Below are positions 43,955-55,000 of a stretch of 64,000 nucleotides of DNA, piece by piece. The notes beneath the pieces were generated by a model. That model made no database searches and had not been told where the DNA came from. It saw nothing but the letters and a program-made list of their open reading frames with translations. Every line of letters begins with the position of its first letter. Position 1 is the first letter of the stretch. The position numbers and the translations under genes are program-made. Origin of the DNA: an uncultured Coriobacteriaceae bacterium (GTDB lineage: Bacteria > Actinomycetota > Coriobacteriia > Coriobacteriales > QAMH01); NCBI GenBank assembly GCA_964388185.1, contig CAYLYJ010000001.1, positions 25,873 to 89,872 on the forward strand, in the 5' to 3' direction.

Positions 43955-43979
43955 GTGACAGGGGTCAGGCCCCTGTCAC
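43955..43979 (+). repeat. REP-like 25-nt palindromic hairpin element
   Basis: GTGACAGGGG-TCAGG-CCCCTGTCAC. Confidence 0.9.
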
Positions 43980-44303
43980 ATGGGCGATCTCGCGATAAAG
44001 GCGATGCGATGAAGTGGAGAGAAATCTCGACGCATCGTGATACTGGATATGCCAGCAAAGCAAGGTTTCTGGTTATTGGGTAGAGCGACATGGTTGATAT
44101 GACCGTTATTCTTGGAATTGATTAACCGAGTTATGGCAACTTGATCGGATTTCTCGAGAGCCCTCAGAAAATAGCGCGTCAGAATGGCGTGTAACGGGTT
44201 TTTCTGAGTATCTATGAGTACCAAGTAGTTTAAAGATTTCGGGCCCTTAAATGGGCTCTATTTGCTTCACGTGATAAAAGCCCTGGTCAGATAGGGGCAA
44301 AAT

Positions 44304-44328
44304 GTGACAGTAATCTGACCTCTGTCAC
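44304..44328 (-). repeat. Degenerate REP
   Basis: GTGACAGTAATCTGACCTCTGTCAC keeps the GTGACAG...CTGTCAC ends and the CTGA loop core. Confidence 0.6.
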
Positions 44329-44344
44329 GGAAATGTGGATCGCT

Positions 44345-44611
44345 ATGGAAGCGGGAGTTTTTGCAGACACCGCAGAAGTTATGTCAAAAGGCCAGGTCAC
44401 AATACCCAAAGATGTCTGCAGCGCATTGGGTGTATTAACAGGTGACAAAGTCACATTCCTTGTTGAGGGCAGTAATGTGCGTATGGTAAATGCAGCAACA
44501 TATGCCATGCAGACTTTTCAGCAAGGGATGGCAGGCGAAGCTATGTCTTCGGGAATCACGAGTCCTGATGACGTCACTGATCTCGTTTCATCATTGCGGT
44601 CAAACGGATAG
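44345..44611 (+). CDS. AbrB/MazE/SpoVT-family DNA-binding protein (orphan antitoxin-like), 88 aa
   Basis: SKGQVTIPKDVCSALGVLTGDKVTFLVEGSNVRMV is the SpoVT-AbrB swapped-hairpin pattern. ATGs at 44333, 44345 or 44381 are all possible starts. No toxin gene follows; only REPs do. Confidence 0.7.
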   Translation: MEAGVFADTAEVMSKGQVTIPKDVCSALGVLTGDKVTFLVEGSNVRMVNAATYAMQTFQQGMAGEAMSSGITSPDDVTDLVSSLRSNG

Positions 44612-44618
44612 GGAAGAT

Positions 44619-44643
44619 GTGACAGGGGCCTGACCCCTGTCAC
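44619..44643 (-). repeat. REP-like 25-nt palindromic hairpin element
   Basis: Perfect copy, 7 nt after the AbrB-like stop. Confidence 0.9.
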
Positions 44644-44718
44644 ATCCAGATACCAAATGATGTGACGACCCGAGCTCATATCTCATACATTCGAAGCGAA
44701 TGCGATGCAATCAAAAAT

Positions 44719-44743
44719 GTGACAGGGACCTGACCCCTGACAC
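44719..44743 (-). repeat. REP variant
   Basis: GTGACAGGGACCTGACCCCTGACAC; part of a ~53-bp direct repeat (44692-44744 matches 44823-44875). Confidence 0.8.
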
Positions 44744-44794
44744 ATGAGCGCGACGCAAATCAATATCGCACTAATACTATATAGGGGTTCCGAT

Positions 44795-44819
44795 GTGACA
44801 GGGGCCTGACCCCTGACAC
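44795..44819 (-). repeat. REP variant
   Basis: GTGACAGGGGCCTGACCCCTGACAC; shares the right-arm T>A change with its two neighbours. Confidence 0.8.
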
Positions 44820-44849
44820 ATCGGAAGCGAATGCGATGCAATCAAAAAT

Positions 44850-44874
44850 GTGACAGGGACCTGACCCCTGACAC
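44850..44874 (-). repeat. REP variant
   Basis: GTGACAGGGACCTGACCCCTGACAC; second copy of the 53-bp direct repeat. Confidence 0.8.
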
Positions 44875-45547
44875 ATTTCGTCGCTTGACAAACGAGAAAC
44901 TAGCAAATGGTCTAAAAGGGAGTGACCCTTTTGAAGCATTTTGCAGCAACCGTATAGCCAGGTGTATAGGGAGATGTATATGCGATGTATAGAAAGATAT
45001 ACGGAGTTGTAGCAATATAATAGCGCCTGGTCAGAGCAGATTTAATCAGAATTGAAGATAAAGATGAAAAGGGGCCAATTTTGGGCCCCAAAAACGGCCA
45101 TCTTTGTAGCTGATGCAGTATAAAGATGGGGATATTTTGGGACTCAAAATGGGTCGGTTTTGACGTCAAAAGTGGCATCGGAAATGTGGCGAATTGTGGA
45201 GGAATTGTGAAGAGAATCGTGAAAATTGCCACTCACACTCCGAAAATTTGGCCGCCCGCTGACAAAAATCGGCTTTCTTTCGGAACTCTCCGAAGGAGTG
45301 TGGGATGCGAACGCGATCTGAAGGGGTTCCGCGCCTCTTTTCAGATCCCTTCCGCGCTCAAAATCTCACATTAAAGAGAAAAGAACAAAAAAGCGCGGAA
45401 CTCAAGGTCAACACAGGAAATACGCCCAAAACGCGAAAGCGCGGAATAGAAATCTCAGGGCTTCAGGGAGGGGGCTCCGCGTTGGTTTGCGCGGAGGACT
45501 CCGCGCCTCGAACCGGTAAAAAGCGCGGAACCCCAGGTCAGAGCGAT

Positions 45548-45572
45548 GTGACAGGGGCCTGACCCCTGTCAC
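45548..45572 (-). repeat. REP at the centre of a 59-nt extended palindrome
   Basis: CCCCAGGTCAGAGCGAT-REP-ATCGCTCTGACCTGCGG (45531-45589); the arms match at 26 of 27 positions. Confidence 0.9.
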
Positions 45573-45672
45573 ATCGCTCTGACCTGCGGAAATGTGAATG
45601 GAATTTTGTGTCAAGGATTTTGAGCGAAAAAAAGCGCGGAACCCTCGGTCAGCGGCAAGAGGCGCAGAGAAC

Positions 45673-45697
45673 GTGACAGGGGTCAGGCCCCTGTCAC
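45673..45697 (+). repeat. REP-like 25-nt palindromic hairpin element
   Basis: GTGACAGGGG-TCAGG-CCCCTGTCAC. Confidence 0.9.
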
Positions 45698-45725
45698 ATA
45701 GCATCTACCGGGAGAAACGAGAAAC

Positions 45726-45750
45726 GTGACAGGGGCCTGACCCCTGTCAC
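45726..45750 (-). repeat. REP-like 25-nt palindromic hairpin element
   Basis: GTGACAGGGG-CCTGA-CCCCTGTCAC. Confidence 0.9.
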
Positions 45751-46071
45751 GGGGAAGCGCGGAAGGAAAATTGAGGCAAAAGCCCAGGTCAGAGGCCATA
45801 TGAAGATTATCGGATTAGTTGATAAAGCGCTGACCTGCGGGTTTAGGAAGCGCGGAAGCCCGCGTTTTTGAGCGCGGAAATGGCCAAATTGTGCCTCTGA
45901 GCTGGACATCCGCGGAAGCGCGGAGTACTATTCCGTCTGCTTCGCCAAGGAGTGGGCTGTCTCGCTCCTGGCGATTGTCAAGAAGGAAGTCTCGATTCGG
46001 GGGAAGGATCTCGAGTCGGGGCGTTCGCAAGAAATGGGAACGAATTGTACGACCGCAAGGACATAGAGCAG

Positions 46072-49000
46072 ATGGGGCTAGCCAACGCTGGCACCACTTG
46101 TGCTGTGCCTGCGGCCAAGGCTCGTAACCCGCTTGTGGCCTTTATTGCCGTCGTCTTTGTGGCGGCGGCCCTTTTGTTCGCAATGCCTTCTCTTGCGTAT
46201 GCCTCTAGCGAGGCCGAAGCTAGCCCACAAGCTAGCGAAGCGCAGGAAATCCTGCTTTCCCAGAAGGAGAGCAGCACGTCGGCGAACAAAACGCCTGATG
46301 AATCCCCAACACCACCAGGCTACACCGCCCAAGATGCCTTCAACATCGACCTCGGAGCTCAAGCTACCGAGGTCGATCTGGTTTCAGGGGACGGTGCTAG
46401 CAGCTATACACCTGGGGATGATAAGGCATCTATCAATGACAAAGACAGCGATGACGACTCTGATAGCGATAGCAACCAGGGAACTCATGACAAGGCTGAT
46501 AGCAACACTACTGCTGATGAAGACAGTGATGCTACCGCCAACCCCAAAGACGAGACTGATAGCACCGTTGATAGCAACGGTGCTTCTTCGTCTATCACCG
46601 ACGAGAAAGCTGCTGGTAGCGATGCTAACCAGAGTGCTGGTCCAACTGGTGATAGCAAGGCCGACGACGTGATTGCTACTGACCGTGATGGTCAGAGTGC
46701 AGATCAGACTGCCGGTGCCGCCGCGGATAACGCGGGGGAGGTGCAAAAAGAGCAGACCAAGCCGCAGGTACAGCAGCCTGCGAAGTCGCAAGTTGGAACC
46801 GCTAGTACGGTAACTCCTGCAGCAACGTCGGGTACAGTCCATGTTGTTTTCCAAACGTATGCAGCGGGTAGCTATAATTCGCTAGCAGCTGTTCTCGCTG
46901 GTACGCATACCACAATTGGCAATGCGACTGATAAGGTATATAAAACGACAAATGCGTTTGCCGGCTATGCAAATGGCGGCGATTCTTCGGTTACTTCTTT
47001 TGGTATTGGTTCTCCGAACGTTCTTCCTACGTATTACCGTTACGGCTATACGTTGAAGTCTTGGACGCGTGTTATGTGGAACGAGCGTCGAAGCCGGCTT
47101 GTAGTAAATACTTACAATGTTGGTGCTACGACGAATACAACGATTTTCCCTGCTGGTACTGAGGTTGTTCTTTTTGCAAACTGGGAGAGGGTTCAGTATT
47201 CTCTCTCTTATTATCAGACTGGATCGGCGACGATTGTTTGGGACAACAATTCCTCGTCCTCTTACTGGGACACTGTCCTTCCCTCGGAAACTCAAGTTCC
47301 AGTTACCGTTAATCCCGATCCGAATGTTTTCAGCACCTCTGGTGAAAACGGCAAGTGGCATCTCAAACCGCTTCAGACGGCACAGTTCAATAACTATGAT
47401 TTTGGCCTGAAGGTTGCGGATCATGCTGCAGATGGCTCCACGTCTTCTCTCGTTTACTACAATTTCACTCCGGGAAAGCCTTATGCTAACGGCGTACTGA
47501 CTGTGGGCCAAATTATCTCTGCTTATTATCCGCAGGGAGATACGTACGATGCTGCTCTGGGCAGCATTACCAAGTGGGAAGTTTTCCCCTGCTGGAACCC
47601 CACTCCTTCTACTGAATACAAGATTACCTTCGCGATCGGCAGCGGCGACTCCTCCAAGGGCACCGTTACCGGTAAGGAAATCAAAGTTGCAAATGATGGC
47701 ACGGGCAAGGTGACCTCCGCTCTGTGGACGGGCGCCAATGTCAGTGCTTCCGATACTAATAAGACCGATGGTTACCAGCTCAAGGCAAACGCCTGGACTG
47801 GTAAGATCGGCACCAACAGCTACACCTTCAACTCCCTTGCCGAGCTCTATAACTTCGCCGTGTCCGGTGATATGGTGCTCTCTCCGGTCTGGGAGAAGAT
47901 TGCTGGTCCGTTTACCGTGACCTTCGATGCAAACGGCGGCAGCGTGACGCCCGGTAGCGCCAGCGCGACCGAGTTCACCGGCTCCATCACCATCCCCGCC
48001 GCACCGACTATGGAGGGTAAGACCTTCTCCGGTTGGTACACTGCGGCTTCGGGTGGCACCAAGCTCTACAGCGGCGGTGGCACCACCACCTACGCCGACC
48101 TCCTTAAGGCAATCTACGGCTCGAGCAATAACGGCACCAACCAATACAACGAGAACAACAAGAGCGTCACCATCTACGCACACTGGGGTGACGTCGAGTA
48201 TAAGTACCACTTCGAATCCAACGGCGGCAGTGGCATCTACAGCACGGTCGGCAGCGAGTCGACCACGACCTGGAACGGCACGATTACCGTTCCCGCCGCG
48301 CCGACCCCGGACTCCGGCTACAGCTTCGTGGGCTGGTTCACCGAAAAGGACGGTGCCGGCACGCAGGTCGCGACCGGCTCCGCGTACAAGACGCTGGCCG
48401 GCAACAACGCCGCGACGAAGAGCCTCACCTTCTACGCCTTCTTCAGGGAAGACGTCGTGAAGATGGAGTTCAAGGTCGCCGCCGGCTCGACGGGCAACGT
48501 GACCCTCGGCCACGGCTCGACGACCGGCCAGAACAGCATCACCCTGTACGTGGGTGCTGCGACCGGCAAACTCTATACCTATGATGGCGCCAACTACACG
48601 CTTGCCACCGGCAACGTCGGCGCCGTGACCCCGACCTTTGGCAGCAACTACCGCTACCAGAGCATCGGCTGGCTGGACGGCAGCGGTGCCGAGCTCAACT
48701 CCTCGAGCGCCCAGGCCCAGTACGTCACCATCAACACCACGACGGGCGTCTTGACTCCGAAGGCCTATAACGGCACCTACCGTGCGGGCACCTACAGCAT
48801 CAAGGCCGCCCCGAAGCCCTACTACTACAAGGTCGAGTATTACCTGCAGGGTCTCGATGGCTCGTGGGCCTCGACCCCGACCGAGTTCACGAGCGGCACT
48901 GCCAACTACGGCACCGCCGTGCAGGTGAGGAACTTCTCGGCCGATACGACCGCTACGCAGGTCGACCCGAAGACGTACGCCGGCTTCACCTACACCTCGA

Positions 49001-52000
49001 CCGTCATCGGCTCCGTGGGCCGCATTGACGCGATGGGTGTGGGCACGACCTCGAACTACGGCACGAACATCCTCAAGCTCTACTACACCCGCAACCAGCA
49101 CACCGTGACGCTCGACTGGGCAAGCGCGCCTGCTGGCGTTGCGGCTCCGACTTTCACCATCGGCGGCACGTCGATGAACTCCGGTGCTCAGGTGGGCTAC
49201 GGCCAGACGGCCGTGACCGTTCCCGAGCCTGCGGCCGTTCCCGGTTACGTCTTCGTGGGCTGGACCCGCGCGACGGGCTCTGCCGCCGTGACGCTTTCCC
49301 CGATCGGCTCGACCAAGGGCGTCACCTTCACGATGCCTGACGGCAACGTCGTGCTGACCGGCACCTGGCGCGCCATGAAGTACCGCGTCGAGTTCGTCAA
49401 CGACGACCGCACCGACCAGCACAGCTGGGGTTCCCTGAGCACCGGTAATGGCGCATGGAGCGTTTCCGGTTCGGGCATCAACGCCAAGTACACGATCGAC
49501 GTCGACCGCGGCACGCAGATCAAGCCGTCTGGCATGACCGCCATCAGCGCTCCGGGCGCGACGCCGTCCAACAGCAATAACTATTACTTCACCGGTTGGG
49601 AGTACTACAACGCTTCCGGCGCCAAGCAGTTCTGGGGTGCTGGTTCGACCAACAACCTCGTGATCGATCCCTCCAACTTCAGGGTCACGACTACGGGCCT
49701 GCCGAGCGGCATCGATGGCATCATCACCATCACCGCGCGCTGGGGCCTCGTGCGCGTCGTGAGCTGGACCACTTCGACGCCGGGCACCTTCGCCGGCGTC
49801 AACAAGACGCAGATCAAGGACGACGACGCCGGCAACACGCCGACGATGACCGAGGCCCAGGCGACTTTCGACCAGCTCAACGGCCAGAAGGACACCACGA
49901 GCACCAACCCGCGCAACACGGGCAAGCCCATGGGCAAGGTCGGCTACAAGTTCACCGGCTGGCATTGGGAGATGACCGGCGCCGACACCGGTACGCAGTA
50001 CTACACCACGATCGCCTCCGAGAACGGCCTTTCCATCGGTGGCCATCGTTACACGTACATGAGCGAGGCCGACCTGGCCAACATGCCCGTGACCTGCTCG
50101 ATCACCTTCCTGGCCCAGTGGGCCCCGACCAAGCAGGTCGTCACCATCACCAATACGAGTCCGTCCGGCACCGGCACGTGGGCCGCAGGCTTCGATCCGA
50201 CCGTCCCCGACGACAAGCAGAAGACCGGCTCCACCTTCACCCTGCCGACTGCCAGCCAGATCACCAAGCCCGGCTGCACCTTCCAGTGGATGGACAACAT
50301 GGGCAAGACCTACGCCCCGGGTGCGACCTACACCGTGGGCGAGGGCAAGCTGAGCCCCAGCACCGACCCGACGGTCGAGTCGAACTACGTCATCAATATC
50401 TGGCCCGTGTGGGTCGAGGGCAAGGCGACCATCAACTACAAGCTCGGCAACGGCGTTGCCACCGGTGCCGGCGTCCTCACCAAGGCGAGCGAGACCGTGG
50501 ACCTCTCTGGCGGCAACCCCGCTGGCTCGGAGGCCAAGGCCAACCCCCACTACACCTTCGTGGGCTGGTTCACCGACGCCGCCTGCACGCAGAAGATCAC
50601 CGATATGAACTGGGTCCATGACGGCTCCGCGGGCACAGGTACGCACCTCGTCCCCGGCAAGAACGCCTCGACCGGCCTGTTCGATACCGCGACCTACTAC
50701 GCGAAGTTTATCGCGACCACGTACACGATCACCTTCGTCTCCGACGACGACGACCACATCGGCAGCGAGCGCGGCACGGTTGCCACGGTGACCGGCAAGC
50801 AGAACCCCGCGCAGCTGACCTACAGCTCGCCTCTGTCCGGTAACGTGACCGTCACCGCCAAGCCCGGCTTCCGCCACACCGGTTGGAAGTACAGCGAGGA
50901 CGGCGGCACCACGTGGAAGACGATGGACACGGCCTTCAAGAACAGCGAGCACAACAACGCCGTGTGGGGCTCGATCATGCTGTACGCGACGTACAACATG
51001 CGCGATGACCTGAGCATCGCCTTCCGCGACGACACGTACACCTCTGGCCCGATCCACAACAAGAGCTACACCGGCATGTCGTGGGACGACAACGTGAGCG
51101 TAAGGCTCCCGAGCGGCTACGACGTGCGCCCCGGTTACAACTTCCTCGGTTGGTACTTCAACACCAATCCGAATGACGTCATGGACAAGGACATCAAGTT
51201 CTCGGCCGCGGCCGCCAAGTACGCCGCTCCGGATGGCGCGGGCGTCAATGGCCTCACGCTGTACGCCAAGTGGCAGGCCAAGGACGGCTACCAGGTCATC
51301 TACAACACGAACGGCGGTGGCACCGCTCCCGCTTCCAAGAACAACGTCAAGTGGGACCAGACCGGTCTGCTGGCTGCTGACCAGACCCGCGCCGGTTACA
51401 CCTTCCTCGGCTGGTTCGTGGATGACCCGAGCAACCATGACAACGACCGCAAGATCACCGCTGACAACGCCTACAGCGTGCTGGCAGCCGGCGATGACAC
51501 GAAGATGTCCGTCACGCTGACCGCGCACTGGAAGCAGAAGACCTACCAGATCCAGTACCTCGACAACGTGGGCACCACGCAGCTCGGCCATGCCGGCTCG
51601 TCTTCTGACACGCTTGCCAAGGTGCTGTACTGGGACAGCGTCGTTCCGACCTTCACCCCGACCAAGACCGGCTCCACCTTCATCGGCTGGACCTATGGCA
51701 CGGGCACGACCGTTGGCACCACGACCAAGATCTCCGATCTGGCCGGTGGCGTCGATGTCGAGGACGGCCACACGTTCATCGTGCGCGCCTCCTGGCAGGG
51801 CAACCCCACCTACACCATTAACTACTACCTCCTCAAGCGCAACGCTGACGGCACCTACACCGCCAATGGCGCTCCCGAGTCCCTGACCTTCAGCGGCTAC
51901 CTGACGCCGGGCGTCGACGCTGATGCCACGAACCTCCAGGGTGCTGGCGAGAGCGCGGCCGTGAACTACTGGACGAAGTTCGCCAAGGCCGGCTACGCTG

Positions 52001-55000
52001 CCGACACCACCAATATCCATGGCAAGAACGTGATCCGCTTCAACGGCGGCGCGATCATCGCCAACTCCGGTACGAACCACGTGTTCAAGCTGTACTTCTA
52101 CGAGAAGGAGTACACGCTGAAGTACGTCGACGACAACGGCAGCGCGTTCACCCCGCCGGTCGCCGACAAGGTCGTGGGCTGGGAGAGCTCGAGCCTCGCC
52201 CCGACGACTGCCCCGACGCGTCCGGGCTACGGCTCCGTGTCGTGGACCTACAATGGTACGCCCGTCGCGGGCAAGACCATCGCTGACCTCCTCGGCGCTT
52301 CCGGTGAGAACACCACGACCCTCACGCTCAAGGCCGTGTGGGGCGAGAACAAGACCACTATTACCTACACCGTCTCCGGTCCGAGCGGCAGCGCGAGCGT
52401 GACGCCCGGTAGCGAGCAGATCAACTCCGCCACGGGCACGGCCACCGGCTCCAAGGTGACGCTGTCCGATCCCACCAGCTACAAGCTGCTCGGTTGGTTC
52501 TACAACGACGGCGCCGGCGAGGTTGCCGTGGACTCCAACTGGGTTGTCAACAACGCCGACGGTTCCATCTCGATCGTTCCGCAGAAGGAGGGCGGCGTCT
52601 ACGTGGCGCGCACCTACTATGCGAAGGTCGCCGAGCTCTCCGCGCTCAACTACACCGTCGAGCACTACTTCATGAAGAACGACGGCACGTATGGCACCAC
52701 CGCTGACGAGACCGCCAGCGGCTCCGACAAGGAGAACGTGACCATCAACGCCGCTGACAAGAAGGTCACGCGCCAGGGCTTCACCTACGACGCCTCTGCC
52801 GCTGGCAGCATCACGTCGATCACGCTGCTCACCACCGATCCGGATGGCAGCCGCGTGCTCAAGCTCTACTACGTGCGCGATTCCTACACCATCGAGGTCA
52901 TCCCGGCCGAGGCTGGCAAGGACTCCCCGTCGCCGGCGCCGAGCATCGATGACTCGCACCTCACCGACGGCAAGAAGTACATGGGTTCCTCGCAGAACCT
53001 GCCGATCGTGGGCAACCATGACGGCTGGACGCTGACCTGGAAGCTCGACGATGGCACCACGCTTTCCGCCACCGACACCTCCTTCATCGTCCCGTTCGAG
53101 GCCGACGGCAAGGTGACGCTCACCGCCGTGTGGACCCGCAACAAGATGAACGTCTCGTTCACCGACGCCGACAAGCCGTCGACCCCGGCTGGCTTCTCCG
53201 TGACCGCCAGCCCGGTCAAGGTCGACTTCGGCAAGAACCTCTCCAGCGTGTCCGGCTGGAACATGAGCAAGGTCACCGTGACGCAGCCGAGCGAGTGGGC
53301 GCTCGTGGGCTGGGAGGTCTGGAACGCCGACCACACCGTGAAGCTGGGCGACGTCGCCGACCCGATGATCTGGACGATCGACCAGGACACGATCTTCAGC
53401 GCCAAGTGGGCCCAGACGCTCGTCGTCACCTACTACCCGGGTGACCATGCGGCTGCCGGCCAGAACTCCAAGACCTACCAGGACTACAAGTCCTCCGATA
53501 ACGCGCCGATGCCGAGCTGGGCTTCCAAGACCGGCGGCAACCCGAGCGCCGACCATCCCAATGCCGCCACCGGCTACGCCTGGATCGGCTGGAAGTGGAC
53601 GCTCGACGGCGTTGACTACTACTTCTACGCCAACCCGGCCGACGCGCTGGCTGGCACGACCAGCACCGCGATGCCGACCACGGTCGACAACAACTACGCA
53701 TTCACCGCGCTGTACAAGGCGCTTGACCGCACGCTCTCGTTTGACCTGAGCGGCACCGAGACCTGGACCGACGGCGACTCCGCCACGTCCAAGACGATCG
53801 CCACCAAGACCGGCGAGACCATCCCGTTTGCCTCGATGCCGACCCCGCAGAAGGCTGGCTGGAAGTTCGTGGGCTGGAAGGTTTCCGGCACCGATGATTC
53901 CACCGCCATCAAGACTGGCATGAACTACCTCGTGCCCGCCATCGCCGATGACACGATCCACTTCGTGGCCGTGTTCAAGGTCGATGCCTGGTACGTCACC
54001 TACATCGTAGAGGGCGACGGCGGCGTGCGCGACAACGACGAGGACACCGTCTCGCCGACGCTCGAGACCGCCCCGAAAGGCTGCACCGCCAAGCCGAACC
54101 CCGGCTTCAAGTTCGTGGGCTGGTTCTGGCGTGACACCGACGGCACCGAGCATACCGTTGACGAGTCCTGGCTGACCCGCAACGCCGACGGCTCCGTCAA
54201 GATCACCCCGCATGCCGACAGCGGCACGGCCGGTAACTACGTCTGGGCCGAGCGCACCTACTTCGCGCGCTTCACCGCTGGCGACACGAGCTTCAAGATC
54301 TGGTACATGCAGCAGAACGTGGATGGCACCTGGGGCGCCACCGCCGCTGACATCGAGACCGTGACGACGACCACCGCAGGCGCGAAGGTCACGACCGGTC
54401 AGACCTACCAGATCAGCGACTTCACGCTCAAGAGCTTCCTCGGCTTCGTGCTGAGCAGCGACAACAACGGCCAGCCGACCGACGTGACCGTCCTCGGCAA
54501 TGGCTCCAGCGTGCTCAAGGTCTTCCTCGAGCGCGTGAAGAACGACGTTACCTTCGAGTTTGCCCCGGGCGATGCCCCGAGCGGCGTGACCGTGCCTCCC
54601 GCGATGACCGACCAGGTCTTCGGCAGCACCGTCACCCTGCCGACCGTGAGCGCGCCCGGTTACAAGTTTGGCTGGACCGCCAAGTACACGGACGAGAACG
54701 GCGCGGAGCAGACGCTCGCCATCAGCGGCGGCAGCTTCACCATGCCGGCCTTCCCCGTGACCGTGACCGGCACGTGGACCAACCCCGTGTACCATATCGT
54801 CTTCACGACGGACCAGGCCGGCGCCGGCAACATGCCGAACGCCACCAATACTACGGACTTCGACCGTTACAACTCCGACCCGAGCTCGACTGCCAACACG
54901 ATCTCCTGGAACGGCAGCGGCTGGGTGCCCATGGGCATGGACGGCAACATCGTCATCCCGACCTACGATGGCATGACCTTCAAGGGTTGGTACTACAAGG

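Larger units (their letters stand above)
45327..45925. promoter_or_regulatory. Array of AGCGCGGAA motifs in the leader of the 46072 giant gene
   Basis: Exact direct copies lie at 45392, 45438, 45522, 45633, 45756, 45849 and 45871, with an exact inverted copy at 45350-45358. One-mismatch copies lie at 45327 (inverted), 45488, 45499 (inverted), 45583, 45909 and 45917. Several sit in a longer unit, AAAAAGCGCGGAACCCnAGGTCAG. Confidence 0.6.

Noticed and set aside
43976-44224. 82-aa minus-strand ORF between REPs 43955 and 44304
   Set aside because: It has no recognisable motif, no clear RBS, an AT-rich setting and an overlap with a REP. It could be a gene fragment, but I cannot support a call.
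45350-45400. Invertible (phase-variable) promoter flanked by TTCCGCGCT / AGCGCGGAA inverted repeats
   Set aside because: The inverted repeats are only 9 bp and enclose just 33 nt. No recombinase gene is adjacent, and the same motif occurs many times in direct orientation. The evidence is insufficient.
44912-45562. ORFs 44912..45232 (minus), 45126..45374 and 45305..45562 (plus) in the AT-rich leader
   Set aside because: The translations are dominated by repeat-derived peptides (for example F-R-A-F from the GCGCGGAA motif), the ORFs overlap one another, and there is no start context. The region is treated as non-coding.
31965-45750. CRISPR array interpretation of the repeated 25-mer
   Set aside because: The repeats are perfect palindromes. 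Their spacing is irregular, from 3 nt to more than 1 kb. The 'spacers' contain whole genes. No cas genes are present.
45952-46071. Upstream GTG start (45952) for the second giant gene
   Set aside because: The extra 40 residues (MGCLAPGDCQEGSLDSGEG...) precede rather than form the signal peptide. ATG 46072 gives a conventional n-h-c region. The earlier start cannot be excluded without data.
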